From the NCBI RefSeq assembly GCF_041146345.1, contig NW_027191410.1:1302001-1366000 (forward strand): a stretch of DNA of 64,000 nt, written 5' to 3'. The notes below the pieces were generated by a model that was not told where the DNA came from, did not search any database, and worked only from the letters and a program-made list of their open reading frames with translations. A program made the position numbers and the translations under genes. Below, one piece after another: positions 24,833 to 38,156 of the stretch (position 1 is the first letter of the stretch; the number at the start of each line of letters is the position of its first letter). Source of the DNA: Neodothiora populina (Eukaryota).

Positions 24833-26277
24833 GCTAATGTGCGAGACGCGAATGCCTTATGGTACAGTCTGCGAGCGCGATAAGGAAATGTGAAAGATAA
24901 ATAGACGAGTAGCGAGATCCACAATAGCAGCCGAGCTGCCATGCCAAGAACGTCGGGCCGGTTCTGGTACTTGTACAGCGACACCCGGTCTTCTTCGCTG
25001 CTTTCCCAACATCAGAATATGGCTTTGGATCTCGTAGAAGATACCAAACTACGCTCGAGCTACTGACTCGGACAGAATCATGATCGCATAAGATGATGGT
25101 TAGATTAGCCAGGAAAGTCAGCATGGACAGCCAAATTAGCGCCACGGGAGTGTTACAGGCCAACCTTGAGCTGATAGGCCAAAATTGTAACATGAATCTT
25201 CAAGATTTGTAGAGAATCTAGACAAGGGAGGCACGCGGCTCAGCATCTGCCACTACCAGACGCGAAGGACCTAGAAGTGAATGCTATGTTTTTATCACCT
25301 GCTCACTATTCACAGTACTATTTCCAGTCTTTTCCAATCTACCCACTGTATGCAGGGTAAGGTAGTTAAATGATAGGTTAGCATCAGCTGAAGCCGAGTG
25401 GACCCTGAACGTCGCAAGTGAGATATCTTAGCCATACGGGATCACGATGAGCTCCTTATCTTGTCGCAGATATGCAAGGGGGGCGTCTACCATCGCACAG
25501 TAGTTCGCATCGCTGCGACACTAATATATTGCCAGCAAACCGCTGTGGATACACCGCGATTGACAGTGGCAGACTCGATGTGTTTCAGGACGGGAGTATA
25601 CCTTGAGGTAGGTAGGCAAAATTGCCAAGACCAAGGCCGCGGCAGCTGTTCTACTGTTTAAGACGTCCGAAAGCGTACAAACACAATATCGAACTTGCCT
25701 TGCTTGACTGTCTTGCCATCTCGATGTTTCCACAATATTGCCATACCCCTGTACTGCACTTCTCCACGCACAGGTCATGCGGGCCACCTCTCTTCAGATG
25801 GGTGGGCAGTTGGAATGTCGGGTGACATTGACCACCGATTCCATGTTTCTGGGTTTCATATCGAGAAACTCTTTGTGATTGGCGGTCGATCTGCATAGAT
25901 AAGTTTGTTATCAATTAACCGTCGTTGAGTGGATGTCCTGAGCTCCCAATGTTACATTTGGACCAGGCTGATATGGCACTTACCCTGCATAGAGTAGGAT
26001 CTTCATATCGTATCTATCAAATCACGCCTTGGCACAGTACCTATTCAGCTCCTTCTGATAAGACCTTTGCCAACCAATCTCTCCAGCTCGCGTGGATACA
26101 ATATGCATGCATGGGTCGTGATGTGGGTAGCATGTGGCGTTCTAGACACCGTCCAGCCGAAGACATATTTAGATAGGTCGCACGCCTCGAGAAGCACTTG
26201 CAGTTCTGTCCTGCTTCTTCGAATGTTCTGCGCCCGCTAGACCCCATCATTCCTCAAGCAGACGACAACAAGTTGCC

Positions 26278-28000
26278 ATGAGCGATTTCGAGAAAAAGAC
26301 GTCTCCGAACGTCGATGAAAGTCATGACAATGGCTCACCAGTGCCGGGTGAGATCTACACAGATCAAGACCATGGCGCCGATTCGGAGCTTCATAGGAAC
26401 CTGAGCACCAGGCATATAACGATGATAGCTCTAGGTAGTAGTATTGGTATGGGTCTATGGCTCGGAAGTGGTACCTCATTGCAGAATGGTGGCCCGGCGG
26501 GTATCTTCATAGGATATCTGCTTTCTGGATCTATGATCTGGGCCGTCAGTCATTCCATAGGAGAGATGGCCATCATGTATCCTCTACCTTCTGCATTTGT
26601 GCAATGGAGTTCAAAGTTCATTGACCCCGCTGCTGGATTTGCTTTGGGCTGGGCCTATTGGTTTTCCTACTGGATTACGATCGCGAACGAATTACAAGTC
26701 AGATCCCATGCCCACTCATTCCGCTTCATTCCGCTATGATACTGACAATGGCTATGCTGTAGGGAGTGGTGACAGTGCTTTCGTTCTGGACTACGGCTGT
26801 GCCCACTGCGGCCTGGATTACCATCTTCTGGGTCGTCATCATTTGTATCAACGTTGTCGGCGTCAAGTTCTTCGGCGAAGTAGAAGTCACTGCATCACTA
26901 ATAAAGTTCGGCTGGATCTTCGTTGTCATCATCTCCTCCATCGTGGTCTCGGCTGGAGGCGCCAAGTCAGAGGCAATAGGTTTCAGATACTGGAACAGCA
27001 TGCCCTTCACGAATGGTTTCAAAGGATTCCTCAGCGTGCTGCCTACTTGCATTTTCGCTATGAGCGGTAGTGAGAACGCTGGTTTGGTCGCTGCAGAGAC
27101 AGCTAACCCTCGTAAATCGGTGCCCAGAGCTGTAGGGAGTATTTGGCTGCGTTTGTCGCTGTTCTACATCCTCGGTTCTTTGATGATCACGATCACCGTA
27201 TCCCCAAAGGACCCGAACCTGTTTGGAGGATCGGGTACAAACGCATCCCCCTTCGTCATCGCTTACCGCAATTCTGGTCTCAGTCCTTTGGCTCATATCA
27301 TGAATGCCATCATCTTCATATCGGTTCTATCGACTGGTTCTATTTCTGGATACGCTGGTTCCCGGACATTGGTAGGCTTGGCTCAGATTGGCATGGCGCC
27401 CAAGGTAAGCTATTTCTTCTTTAATCGCGAATTGCCTACTGACTGGACCAGTTCTTCCAGAAAGCGGACAAGAGTGGCCGTCCTTGGTACGGTCTCTTCA
27501 TTACTCTTCTCATTGGAGGAGGTCTTGCCTACCTCAATGTCAGCAACACTGGCTCCGAAGTCTTTACGTGGTTTTCTAACTTGACGTCGCTGTTCACTCT
27601 CTTTGGATGGGGTATGATTTGCCTGTCACACTTACGCATGAGACATGCATGGAAAGTGCAAGGTCGTCCTGCGGAAGATTTACCTTGGAGATCCTGGACC
27701 TATCCCTGGGGCGCATACTGGGGCCTTTTCTGGTGCTGCTTGCTTCTCGTAGTCGAGTTCTATCTTGCTGTCTGGCCACTCGGCGACAGCCCCTCCGCGA
27801 AGAACTTCTTCGCAAACTACGTCTCAGTACCAGCGATCCTCGTCTTGTATATTGGTGCCAAGTGCTACTACGGAGGCCGCCGCTGGGTTGATACGGCCAC
27901 CATCGACTTGGACGCAAGCCGAAGGTGGTATAAGGAAGAAGACCACGAGAAGAGCAGTGGAAATATCGTGAAGAAAATCGTTGAAGGGATCTGGTCTTGA
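26278..28000 (+). CDS. Amino-acid permease (APC/YAT family); 3 exons
   Basis: LSTRHITMIALGSSIGMGL, GEMA, FFGEVE, GSENAGLVAAETANPRKSVP, SPFVIA; about 12 hydrophobic segments. Confidence 0.95.
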
Positions 28001-28527
28001 GTTTGTTCGGCGGTTCATTAATGGGCTTCTTTACCGCACATACTTACGGGATTGATACTACGAAAATTACAGGGCCGTGTCCTGCGACAGTGAATCATGT
28101 TTTACTTGTACTTCGTTGTTAAGTTTCATGATACAGTATGTTGATTTAAGAGTCTTGGATCAGGACCAGCTCTTCCATACCCTCAGTGTAGATCTCCCAA
28201 GAATCGGAACCTTTCTCATGCAGGAATATAGCTTTTGTGGAGTTACCGCTACTCATAATGGCTCACCATCCGTGCCGTTATAGCTCTCGTGATCAATAAG
28301 GCTCTTATCACTTTAGAAGCATAGAATCCGGTCAATATGACGCAGCTACACATTTCGTGTAGGGATCAGGCCGTAGACGGCCCATATGGCGCGGGGTAAG
28401 GTGATTATCTGACCATGGTCATGGACTCGTTAAGCAGTGTAGCATTCCTAGATATCATATACAATACATGAAACCCCTGTCTGATGGGTAAATCGGTGTG
28501 ACTCTCGACTCAAGATCCGTCGTCAAA

Positions 28528-29025
28528 ATGGTAGCTGCAAATTTGACGACACTTTACAGGACGTTGATCACTGCGTCTCACATCCTCCATTATAACGAGA
28601 CCGACGTGCAAGATCTCCTTGTCCGCAACATTCCCTTGGGGGCAGCTCTTGCTGATGTACTCGCGGGCACGACTACTCAGGATAATGTGACGAACCCCGC
28701 ACACTCGACCGTCTTGCTAAGTAACCACGGGTTTACCACTTGCTCACAGAGTATCGAGCTTGCTGTGATGCAAGCTATGTATGTGCAAACAAATGCTGTT
28801 ATACAAGCTTCCGCACTCGCCTTACGTAACGCATACCTCGGCTCCCAAGGCAGCGCATTGGCTTACTTAAGTCCAAAAGAGGCTTCAGACTCTTGGGCAA
28901 CCATGGCAGGGACAGTCGATAGGCCGTGGAATATGTCGATGCATGAGGTTCAATCCTCAAACCTCTACGTTAACAGACTTGATCCAAACCAGACCGCGGC
29001 GGCTGCACCGGATTATGTTCTTTGA
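28528..29025 (+). pseudogene. Class II aldolase/adducin-family gene with a large in-frame internal deletion
   Basis: LITASHILHY joins directly to NETDVQDLLVRN..LGAALA..VLLSNHGFTT..DRPW. The GHISVR and HSH metal-binding segments normally found between them are absent. Confidence 0.7.
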
Positions 29026-29341
29026 CAGCTTACCTGGTATGATTACTCGCTCCAAATGCTATAAGGAATGGGGCTGTTTCCAACAACACATACTGGACCA
29101 CTCTGATCTGAAGGGAAATCGAGTATCGTCTCTCTAACCAGGAGTATATAACGAAGGTTATGATATTGTAATAAGATGAGAACTCTTTCCAATATGAACA
29201 CAAGTACATAAACAATGTCCCCAACGCCACTTTAGGATCAAAGTGCAACATAAGTCCAGCTGATGTACACAAGACTTACGCAAAGATATGACAGCCATTC
29301 GCTTCCAAGATGAAAGTCCACCAAGATATTTCAGTCGACTT

Positions 29342-31516
29342 TTAACCAATGTGTATGCGCCATAATTCCCTAGGCGCGCCCGGGGTAAAACCCGTACGCG
29401 TATGCATCATGCTGATATTATCACTCAATACCAGATCGCCAGCAACCCACTTATGATAGTAGCACACTCGTCGATCGTAGAGCAGTGAGTCCATGATGTT
29501 GGTCAATCTCACGCTCTCCTCACTACCGATATCATCGATAACGACTGTGGTCGGATCGAAGCGTGTTCGACTGGATGGCCATGGCTCGTGGTATCTCAGA
29601 CAAGGTTGTTTTGTTGTCGGATGCGGGACTACCAGCTTCAGTCCTTGGATTGTGCTATTGTCAAAGGCTGTGGTAGATACTGTCCAGGTAAGGTGTTCAA
29701 GCTGATCCAACGGGTGTGAATCTGGCAGATGCTCGAACAGGAGACGAGAAGAGGCGAGAAGAGTATCACCGCAATTCTCAGGCGATGGCGTTGCAACAGT
29801 AAACCACTGAAACCTAAATGGAATGTCAGCCGTGTCTTTCTCCATATCATCAGAAATACCCACTGTGGAGGTTGAGGAACTAGACGCTCTTTGCCATCAC
29901 TGTTCTTTACAGAGATCGTTTTGAACAGCCCATCGAAATGCATGGGCATTGGCTCAGCACTCAAGACATTGTTGAGGCCACCACTCTCGGTGCCTGCGTC
30001 CTTTACCACAAGAACCTCGCCAAATTTCCACGGCATCACGGCCCCAATCTCGCGAGCTTTGCGTACGAACAGGTCTCTATCTGTTGAATCCTGAAAGCCG
30101 CGGAAGACCAATGGTGAATTCAGCTCAGCCAATCCCCTAGCCTTTTGCATGTCGATATCTGCCATTGATAGATTTTGGCCATTGCTCGGAGTGATCAAAA
30201 GCCCGCATGGGTGTGTTGGAGCTATATCAACCTTGACGTCGTCCCAATCGTACAGATCGGATACCTTACGATAATGCGATTGCCTGCCATCGACGACAAC
30301 GAGTTCATAGGAGACATCGCCAGAGAAGACGTCTTGGTGCGCAAACCGCCAGGATCCATCTAGTTCTTGAGCACAGGTGCAATGCCATGGTGTCGTGTAT
30401 GCTGCGTGTCTTGACAGCAATGACACGGGAAGTTTTGATAGTTGCTCTGAGACATGTATCGACAAACGAATTGATGATGGAAATGCCTTTTCAATAGCGT
30501 TTGCGAAAGCCTAGATCATATGGGTCAATGAAGTGATACGTGTTGTCAATAGTGTCGCACTTACTGCGCCTCTTACGATCATCCGTTTGGCTACGGTCTC
30601 GTTCATCTTCTTGACCTTGCTCTTGCTGAGACCTTGCCTCGAAGGCTCATACTTGAGATCTGTGGCGAGAAACTTGATATATCCTCGATATGTCAGAAGC
30701 GTGTTGATCTGTTCCTTCAATGCAACATCAACATCGAATCCCTTCGGTAAGTGTTGTTGTAGCAGCTGGTCTCTGTACCACTGCGCATTCTCCAGATACT
30801 CTGTCAGAGTGGTGGGCTCTGGACATTCATCAGAGACCAGACTACTTAGTCTGGCGAACGATATATGCTGGCAATTACGGCTTGCAAGCTCTCGCAAAGA
30901 TGATCCGTAATGCCAAACATCCGTGTCAGATACGCCAAGGATGTCTGTGACGGTGATAAGAATCGATCACTACAATTGAAGGCGGCTGTTACTCACCATT
31001 GTACACGAGACCATCTGATACAATGCTCAAGGTGGTGTCGGGATAGACTTCCCGAATCTGACTACAGAGGCCATCGAGTCTGGCAAGTGCCAACTCTTCG
31101 CCTTTGTCTGGCAAAGCTCCTAAAACTTTGTCGATCCTGTTAGGTGACTTGAATGGAAAAGCAGGTAAGATGAAGTGCAAGTGCTTCTTGTCCTGCACCA
31201 CTCTTTTTATAGATGTTTTCAGTCTGAATGAGCTGGCCTTAGGAGATCTTTTTATTACGGTCGCTGGCGAGTAGGATTTCAAAATGCCAAATACTCGTTC
31301 AGAGATTATTCGATCCGCCTCACTCAGGCCTGGCGGCTCAGGGATATCGAGATATCGGTCCTCGGTGTTGGAGAAGCAGTTGCCGCCATCGGGTTGTGAC
31401 AGCGGTGAACCTAGCGAAGTTGATCTTGAGTATTCCGAAAGCTCACTGATCGCGGACACTCTGTCTGACTCAGGAGAGCTGTGCTGATCAACAAGAATTG
31501 AGGTTGGTGACGACAT
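29342..31516 (-). CDS. Isocyanide synthase (Dit1/PvcA family) fused to a TauD-type Fe(II)/2-oxoglutarate dioxygenase; 4 exons
   Basis: ICS motifs [50 protein letters not shown]; dioxygenase HFDG and MMHTRT..RELWRIH. Three GT-AG introns splice in frame with no internal stops. Confidence 0.93.
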
Positions 31517-32195
31517 ATTGATGGGAAGTAGTTCGGTTCAATAGTGACGCAGACAGAAGAGTCTAAGGAAATTATTTGTCTGACTGGATCTAAGCACAAG
31601 GTAGGCAGAAACAGGTGGTAGAACAAATGTTATATGTGCGGTACATCTCAATAAGACTTTGGACACGAGGCCCATGGTTCGGTAACACTGCGGGCTCGAT
31701 ACACTGGTTCTTTGAGGCACTGCATGTAGCGGAAAACCCCCGCTCGAGGGTCTTAATGGTGATTTGTGAGCTGTGGTATAGAGCATCGAACCCTAGATCG
31801 TGACAAAGCTCTCGCATATGAGCCGTCAGGTCACCTAACACCACCTAGTTGCATAGAGTCTTACTAGCGGCGAGCTGAGGCCAGGGTTCCACACCACAAC
31901 TGAATAGGCACAACTTGCGACCATGTGGGGATCACGGAGTTCATAGTTCATATTTTACATGAATCTAACTTGTAGCTCAGATTCATATACCGCGGAAGCG
32001 ATATTCTCGGATCAGTCAACGTTTGTGATTTTAGTGCTGCCGCTTTACTTACTCGCCGGACGCCTATCTCAGATGCTCGATTCGCCACAAATTATGCAAT
32101 GCAGTTGGAGGAACGTTACATTGGACAAGAAAATCTAGTAGTAAATGGCCACAGTGAATAAACGTGACTTTTCCAAATACAATCTATCGAGGTTT

Positions 32196-34039
32196 CTAAT
32201 TTGAAGTCCCAGCATTGATTGTTGGATCATTGCTGAAGCGATTGAAGTAAGAAGTGGCGTCATGACCAGCGTATCCAATGTAAAAGTCTGGGCGCATTAT
32301 CACGACCGCGTCCTCGGGGAAGGGATGTTCTGTTGTCAAGGTCGCAGGAGTGGAGGTGGTAACGTTCCATTTCTCTCCGTCCCTTGTGACAGTCCATATG
32401 TCGATACGATCTTCTAGCCAGGATGGTACAGAAATCCTCATCTTGCCACTGTTGAAGATAAGGAAGCGGCCGTATCTTGCAATTTCGTATAGCCTCAATA
32501 GGACTACGTTACTCTTCAGAAACGAGATGTCGGGGAATCGGCTCCCAGCTTGGAAGGACCCTGCACAGCTTTCCATGGTCGATAGAACATTCGGAGCGTA
32601 TTTGACGCCCATTCCCGTGATATTGGCAGCCTTTTGCTCTACAATTGTAACGTACTCCTGGGCAGTCCGTAAAGTGCTTCGTACGAGCTTTCCGGCGACT
32701 TCCACAACTGTTTCGGCAGCCTTTCGTCGCTCGATATCATAGGAACAAAGTAACTTCTGGCCTAAAGCCTCCGCGTAGCTTGTACAGCGAATAGCGAGTG
32801 CGAGGCGCCATACCAGACCAAATGCATCTGCAACGCCGGTATTGAGACCTTGGCCGCCATTGACGGCGTGGATATGACTGGCATCGCCAGCTAAGATAAT
32901 CTTAGATAACGGAGACGTGAAGGAAGCAGCGACTCGTTCTTGCACTATAAAAGGTCAGCGAAAAGAGTCATAGCCATGTATACCTTACACACCATCGTAT
33001 GTACTGAACCATTCAGTCTTGGAAAATTCAACATTAAATGGTGCCATATGTTTACGTATGGACTTCTCGGACTTTTCTTGTGTAACTTCACCTTCCAAGA
33101 GGATATAAAATCGAGCCATCCCGCGCTCTCTGTATAGAAGGTAAGCATCGTTACGCCAGAATTGATGGTACTGCTCACCTAGGGATCCACGACACTCTCG
33201 ATTGTCCATTGTGTTCAAAACTAATGATCTCGTTACAGACTGGAAAATCCGTTTTGATGAAAGTGTCCAGCACCGCCCAACGCATGTTTGGCATGTCTCC
33301 TCGGAATTCGATGCCTAACTGCTTTCGAATCTGGGATTGACCCCCGTCGGCGGCGATCAGATACTTGGAATACATGGTCTCTCCACCAACTGTGACTTTT
33401 ACTTCTCGGTCCGACTCTGACACTTTTGATACTTCAGTCTCGTAGAGGACATCGATGTCGAGATGCTTCACGAGTGCTCTCTCAACGTCTGCTTGACCAA
33501 TCATCAGGAACTCTTTGTACGCCGAATCGGCTATGCTTGTCCACCATCGATTGTTACGACTTTGGAATTCGCCATCCTTGAATACTGAACTCGCTAGAGT
33601 GGCGTTGGATGTAAGTCTCCAAAAGTTCCTAGGTGTGAAAGATGAACCTACTGTTGCAGAGCAGACCCTTTGGACGCAAATCTCCGAGTACACCAACAAT
33701 CTCGAGCACTTGCTGTGTGCGTGCATTGAGAGCATCTGCGCGGCCGGCTTCTAATGGGCCGGGTCTTCGTTCTGACATGCAGCATCAGCTTCCAAGCAGA
33801 TTGAGCCCCCCGGCGCTGTATACTTGCCACGATACTTACCGAAGATCTTTACAGTGAGGCCCAATTGCCGAGCAAGAAGAGCGCAACATAGTCCAGTTGG
33901 TCCAGCTAATGAGACGCATGAGATTCAAGTTGTGCTGCAGTTGTTGATCATTGGTCTGTGACTAACCTCCGACTATTATTACATCCGTCTCGCACCTCTG
34001 TGGCTGACACTGTTCAAGGTCGTTGATCCCACTTGCCAT
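32196..34039 (-). CDS. FAD-dependent monooxygenase (group A, phenol/aromatic hydroxylase type); 6 exons
   Basis: VIIVGAGPTG, GRADALNART, AADGGQS, LAGDASHIH..GGQGLNTG, SYDIERR, C-terminal RPDFYIGY. Five GT-AG introns splice in frame. Confidence 0.92.
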
Positions 34040-35962
34040 TGTTGGTGTCTTCGGATTGTCAATGTCTGCGTCTTGTGTTCTAATGCTAGTTGACAGCCTG
34101 GAGCTGGATCACAACTTCGGAAAGGATTTTTATTTCCCTCCACATGCCATGTCATGTCAGCCATTTCCGGCGAATCGACCTCGCTCTGTCCACACGTGCT
34201 TGATCAGCTTGTAGATTTTAACAATGATTTCTCATCGTACGATTGATACCATCAAACGCCGTTGTATGCCTTTACGAGACCTAGCGGTTTCGAAACTTTG
34301 TAGAATCCACATCTGATATTACTGGGCTCTTGGCAAAAATCGGATGGCGTGACTTAGTAATATCCTTTCATGTGTATACACTTGCCGTACAGTAGCTCCA
34401 GACAGCTCCACTTCTGTATACTCGGAATTGCGTATGACAGAGAAATGGAAACTTGTCGCACGATTGCGGTCCAGAGCTACGCCAGAAAGCCAAGGTGCTA
34501 TGACTTACGTACCTGCCCAGCATGATGTAGTCACATAGATCAGATTAGATATACAATCAATATACAATGTAAATGATGACTGATTTAGATCCGAGGTCCC
34601 GTATGTAGTAGGTCACACTATCCGTGATACTAGTGGTACTGATATATGTCTTTTGCTTACTTATAGAGTAGCGGCTCGCTTAGAGTAGGCGGCTGGCAGA
34701 CTTTATTGGCATCATACATCGAGCCTGTGCATGGCTGCCTGTAATGTACATATCTGGACTCGTCAGGACACTACTGTGGCGTACACGTACGTCGTCGGCT
34801 AGTATGCCTGTGTTGCTATAACCACGTGCAGTCCTGGTTTTGTGGAGCCATGAACGACGAGAGAGTCGCTGTATCTGGAAATAGCAGTTGTGTGCCTCTG
34901 TGCAGAGTACCTATACTCCAGGTTAAATCTTGTATCTTTTTAATCAAAATAAGAAATCAGGTCACTATACCGCGGCTCGCTCGGGTCCGGACGTTCTGAA
35001 TTCTCAGCACGCGCTTGGAACCACAGTATACAGTACCACACACACCACTAATTATATAAGTACTTAGTAAATGTCGGGAAATTTGTCAGATCGACATGCG
35101 ATACAAAGCTCTTCCGATGTAGTACACCGAGGACGACGGTGATACGACAAACGTTCCACTGACTTAGTAAGGTATGTCCAGGATCAAGGAACTATCTGAC
35201 CTCGTGGGAGTCTTCGTCAGGGTATCTACACTACATTGCACAAGTTTAGTGATCGGAGCTCCGCACCGAGCGCACATCCAATGTCACCTTGTAAAATGCT
35301 CTTCCCATATATATGTAACGTAGCGCCTGCCGATCAGCAGGTGCGATCACCTTTTGCGTTTCCTGCAGTGCTGCCTCTCATACTGTACTTGCCTGATCAA
35401 CTGTAGCTGTAGACCTATGCTTACCCTTTGCCTTATTGCCTACTCCTACAGTAGCCCACAATATCGCGTTGCACTCAGCGCAGGAAATCTGCGAGATGTA
35501 GGACAAGATTGCTACCAGTCATGTCCTAGATGATGACGTCTTCCGCAGTCCGTATCACCCATGCCGAGTTGTTGTTGTCTATGGCCAACCACCCCATATC
35601 CTGCTACGTGCTGTTGGCCGAAATCCTAACATAAGGCTAGATGAAGTCAACAAACTAAAAACCTTTCTTGTATTGCACCAAGGTGTGATGAATCCTCGTA
35701 GGACGTATGCCACAACATGTTGATTATACACGTCATATAGAACGACTCATACAGACTATGAAAGTGTTGTAACATCAAGCTGCGATAATGTTATCAGGAT
35801 GTCTAGATGCAACACTACAATCACGTTCGGCGAGATTCTTATCTTCGCGACTATCTTAGAAGACTGAACTCATATATAAGCCATAATGTAATTTTGTTCC
35901 ATACATACCTGTCTAGCCATGCGTAATTGAGCAATAGACACGACTACCGGCAGGATCGCGAC

Positions 35963-38156
35963 ATGTATCCCAAGCTGGGATGGACCGGACTCATCAGTCT
36001 GTTATCCTCTTTCTCAATCGATACGTTGCACGAAAACATCATGGCATACAGGACTGATTTGCGAGAAAGTCGACCCTCGGCTTGTTGGATTGCCAACTGT
36101 CCCATTCAATATCACTGGGTTGGGTGTGTTTGACGCGTCAAAAGTGAAATTTATACATGTGGATCCTTTGTACGCAAACTCAGTAAATAGCGAAGGAGAA
36201 ACCCTCATTCCACCAAAATTGATTGACTTTGCACATACCTTTGCAGAGGATCTACTGTCCAAACACCACATCGACGCTCGAGTTACTGAGCGTAGCCGGG
36301 GAGGCCTTGATTCCATCTTTCTCACTCTTGGCGACGATGCAGACTACCTCGATGCCGCTGGGAGACCTAGCGCAGAAGGATACGCACTCCACGTCGATCA
36401 TATAGGAGTGACAATATCTGGTGCAAGTCCCCTCGGTGTTTGGTGGGGAACACGCACATTTTTGCAGCAAGTGACACTAGGCAACGGAAGATTACCTCTC
36501 GGCACAGGACATGATACTCCCGGGTGGAGGACACGAGGAATGATGCTTGATATTGGACGGCATTACTATCCGCCTGACTTCATCACTGAGTTATGCACTT
36601 ATATGTCTTACTTCAAACAAAATACCTTCCATCTCCACTTGAGCGACAATCTTTATAACAACTTGGATGTGTACACAAGAGAAGAGAGTCTGGCACTCTA
36701 TGCGCGATTCAGGCTTTGGAGCGATTCAGCAACCGTGGACCGGCTGAACAAGCATAGGAACGAGTCCTATACCCGACAGAAATTTGATTCTATACAGCGC
36801 AGCTGCGCGCGAAGAGGAGTGACAGTGATCCCTGAGATCGAAGCTCCAGGCCATGCTCTTGTTCTCACTCAGTGGAAGCCGCAGCTTGGTCTTAGCGATT
36901 TGAGTCTCCTGAATGTCTCATATCCAGACACCATCCCCACTATGCAGTCAATATGGAGGACTTTTGTTGACTGGTTCCATTGCAAGACAGTCCATATCGG
37001 TGCTGACGAATATACCGCCTCTCCTACGGACTACACTAGCTTTGTCAACACAATGGATAGATATATCACCAGTATATCTGGAAAGCATATTCGAATCTGG
37101 GGCGCTTTTACACCCAATGTCACGAATGGCTATCCGGACCATGGCGTTTCTATCCAACACTGGGCTGCATTTGAGGCAAATCCATATACGGCTTTCATCC
37201 AACAGAACTATTCGGTAGTCAATTCGGACGATTGGATGTACTGTGTTGCGAAATATTCTGGCAGTTATCCTCAAGTATTGGAACCTGCCAAAGCTTTCTC
37301 GATTCCAAGTGGGGGACCTTGGTACCCATATGTTTTCGACACCAAAAATTCTTCGAACAATCCGGCGCCGTCCGATCGAAGGATCCTTGGAGCGGTCGCT
37401 GCTCTCTGGAACGACTACGGACCCTCAACAACAACGTACTTAGAAGCATACTACACTTGGAGGCGAGGTCTACCTGCTGTTGCTGATAGACAATGGCGAG
37501 GCGATATCAGTGAGGACGAGTACTATCGCATCTTCGCTAAGCTCCATGCAGATATCCCTGGCCAGAACTTGCATCGGACCGTGGCCTCCAAGTCCTCGAC
37601 GATCCTAAGGTATAAGTGGAACGGTACAAGAAATGCTACTGGGCCCGACCTGACTGTGTACGATCTATCTGGCAATGGCTACAATGCTATCGCATCATGC
37701 CCAATCAACGAGAATGGAACATTACCCTTGAATGTTTCTTGTCACTTGACGACTCCACTCAATTCCGAGGGTAGGAATTATACCATGACAATCATGCTCA
37801 GAATTAGTGAGATGTCCGAGGACAGGAACACGCCTGCACGATTGCTCAGTGGGCGGGATTCTGTACTATACATAAGCCCTACTGTGGGACTCAAGTCCAG
37901 CAATGGATGGCTGTATGCCACTGATCAACATATACCTGTCAATACATGGACTACACTTGTTGTCAGCGGAAGGAATAACGAGACGTATATCCAGATCGGA
38001 GAAGCAAAGGAAGTTCAAGTCACTACAACGGTTAATGTCAATAGTGAGACGAACGAAACCAGCCCAATAGCCATTGAGGCTCCATTAGAACGTTTTGGCG
38101 GCGATGGCTGTGGATTCTCCGGAGAGCTGAACTTCTTCGAACTTTTAAGTACATAG
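35963..38156 (+). CDS. GH20 beta-N-acetylhexosaminidase, secreted; intron 1 has a non-canonical donor (possibly inactivated)
   Basis: RGMMLDIGRHYY, HLHLSDN, PEIEAPGH, catalytic HIGADE, WNDYG. Signal-peptide exon 35963-36020 joins in frame only through an AT..AG intron 36021-36069. Confidence 0.88.

Noticed and set aside
32084..34844. Single Ndt80/MSE-like CACAAAW motifs upstream of the ICS (about 32086) and between the FMO and GH20 genes (34838-34844)
   Set aside because: Isolated 7-mers are expected by chance, and I have no conservation evidence.
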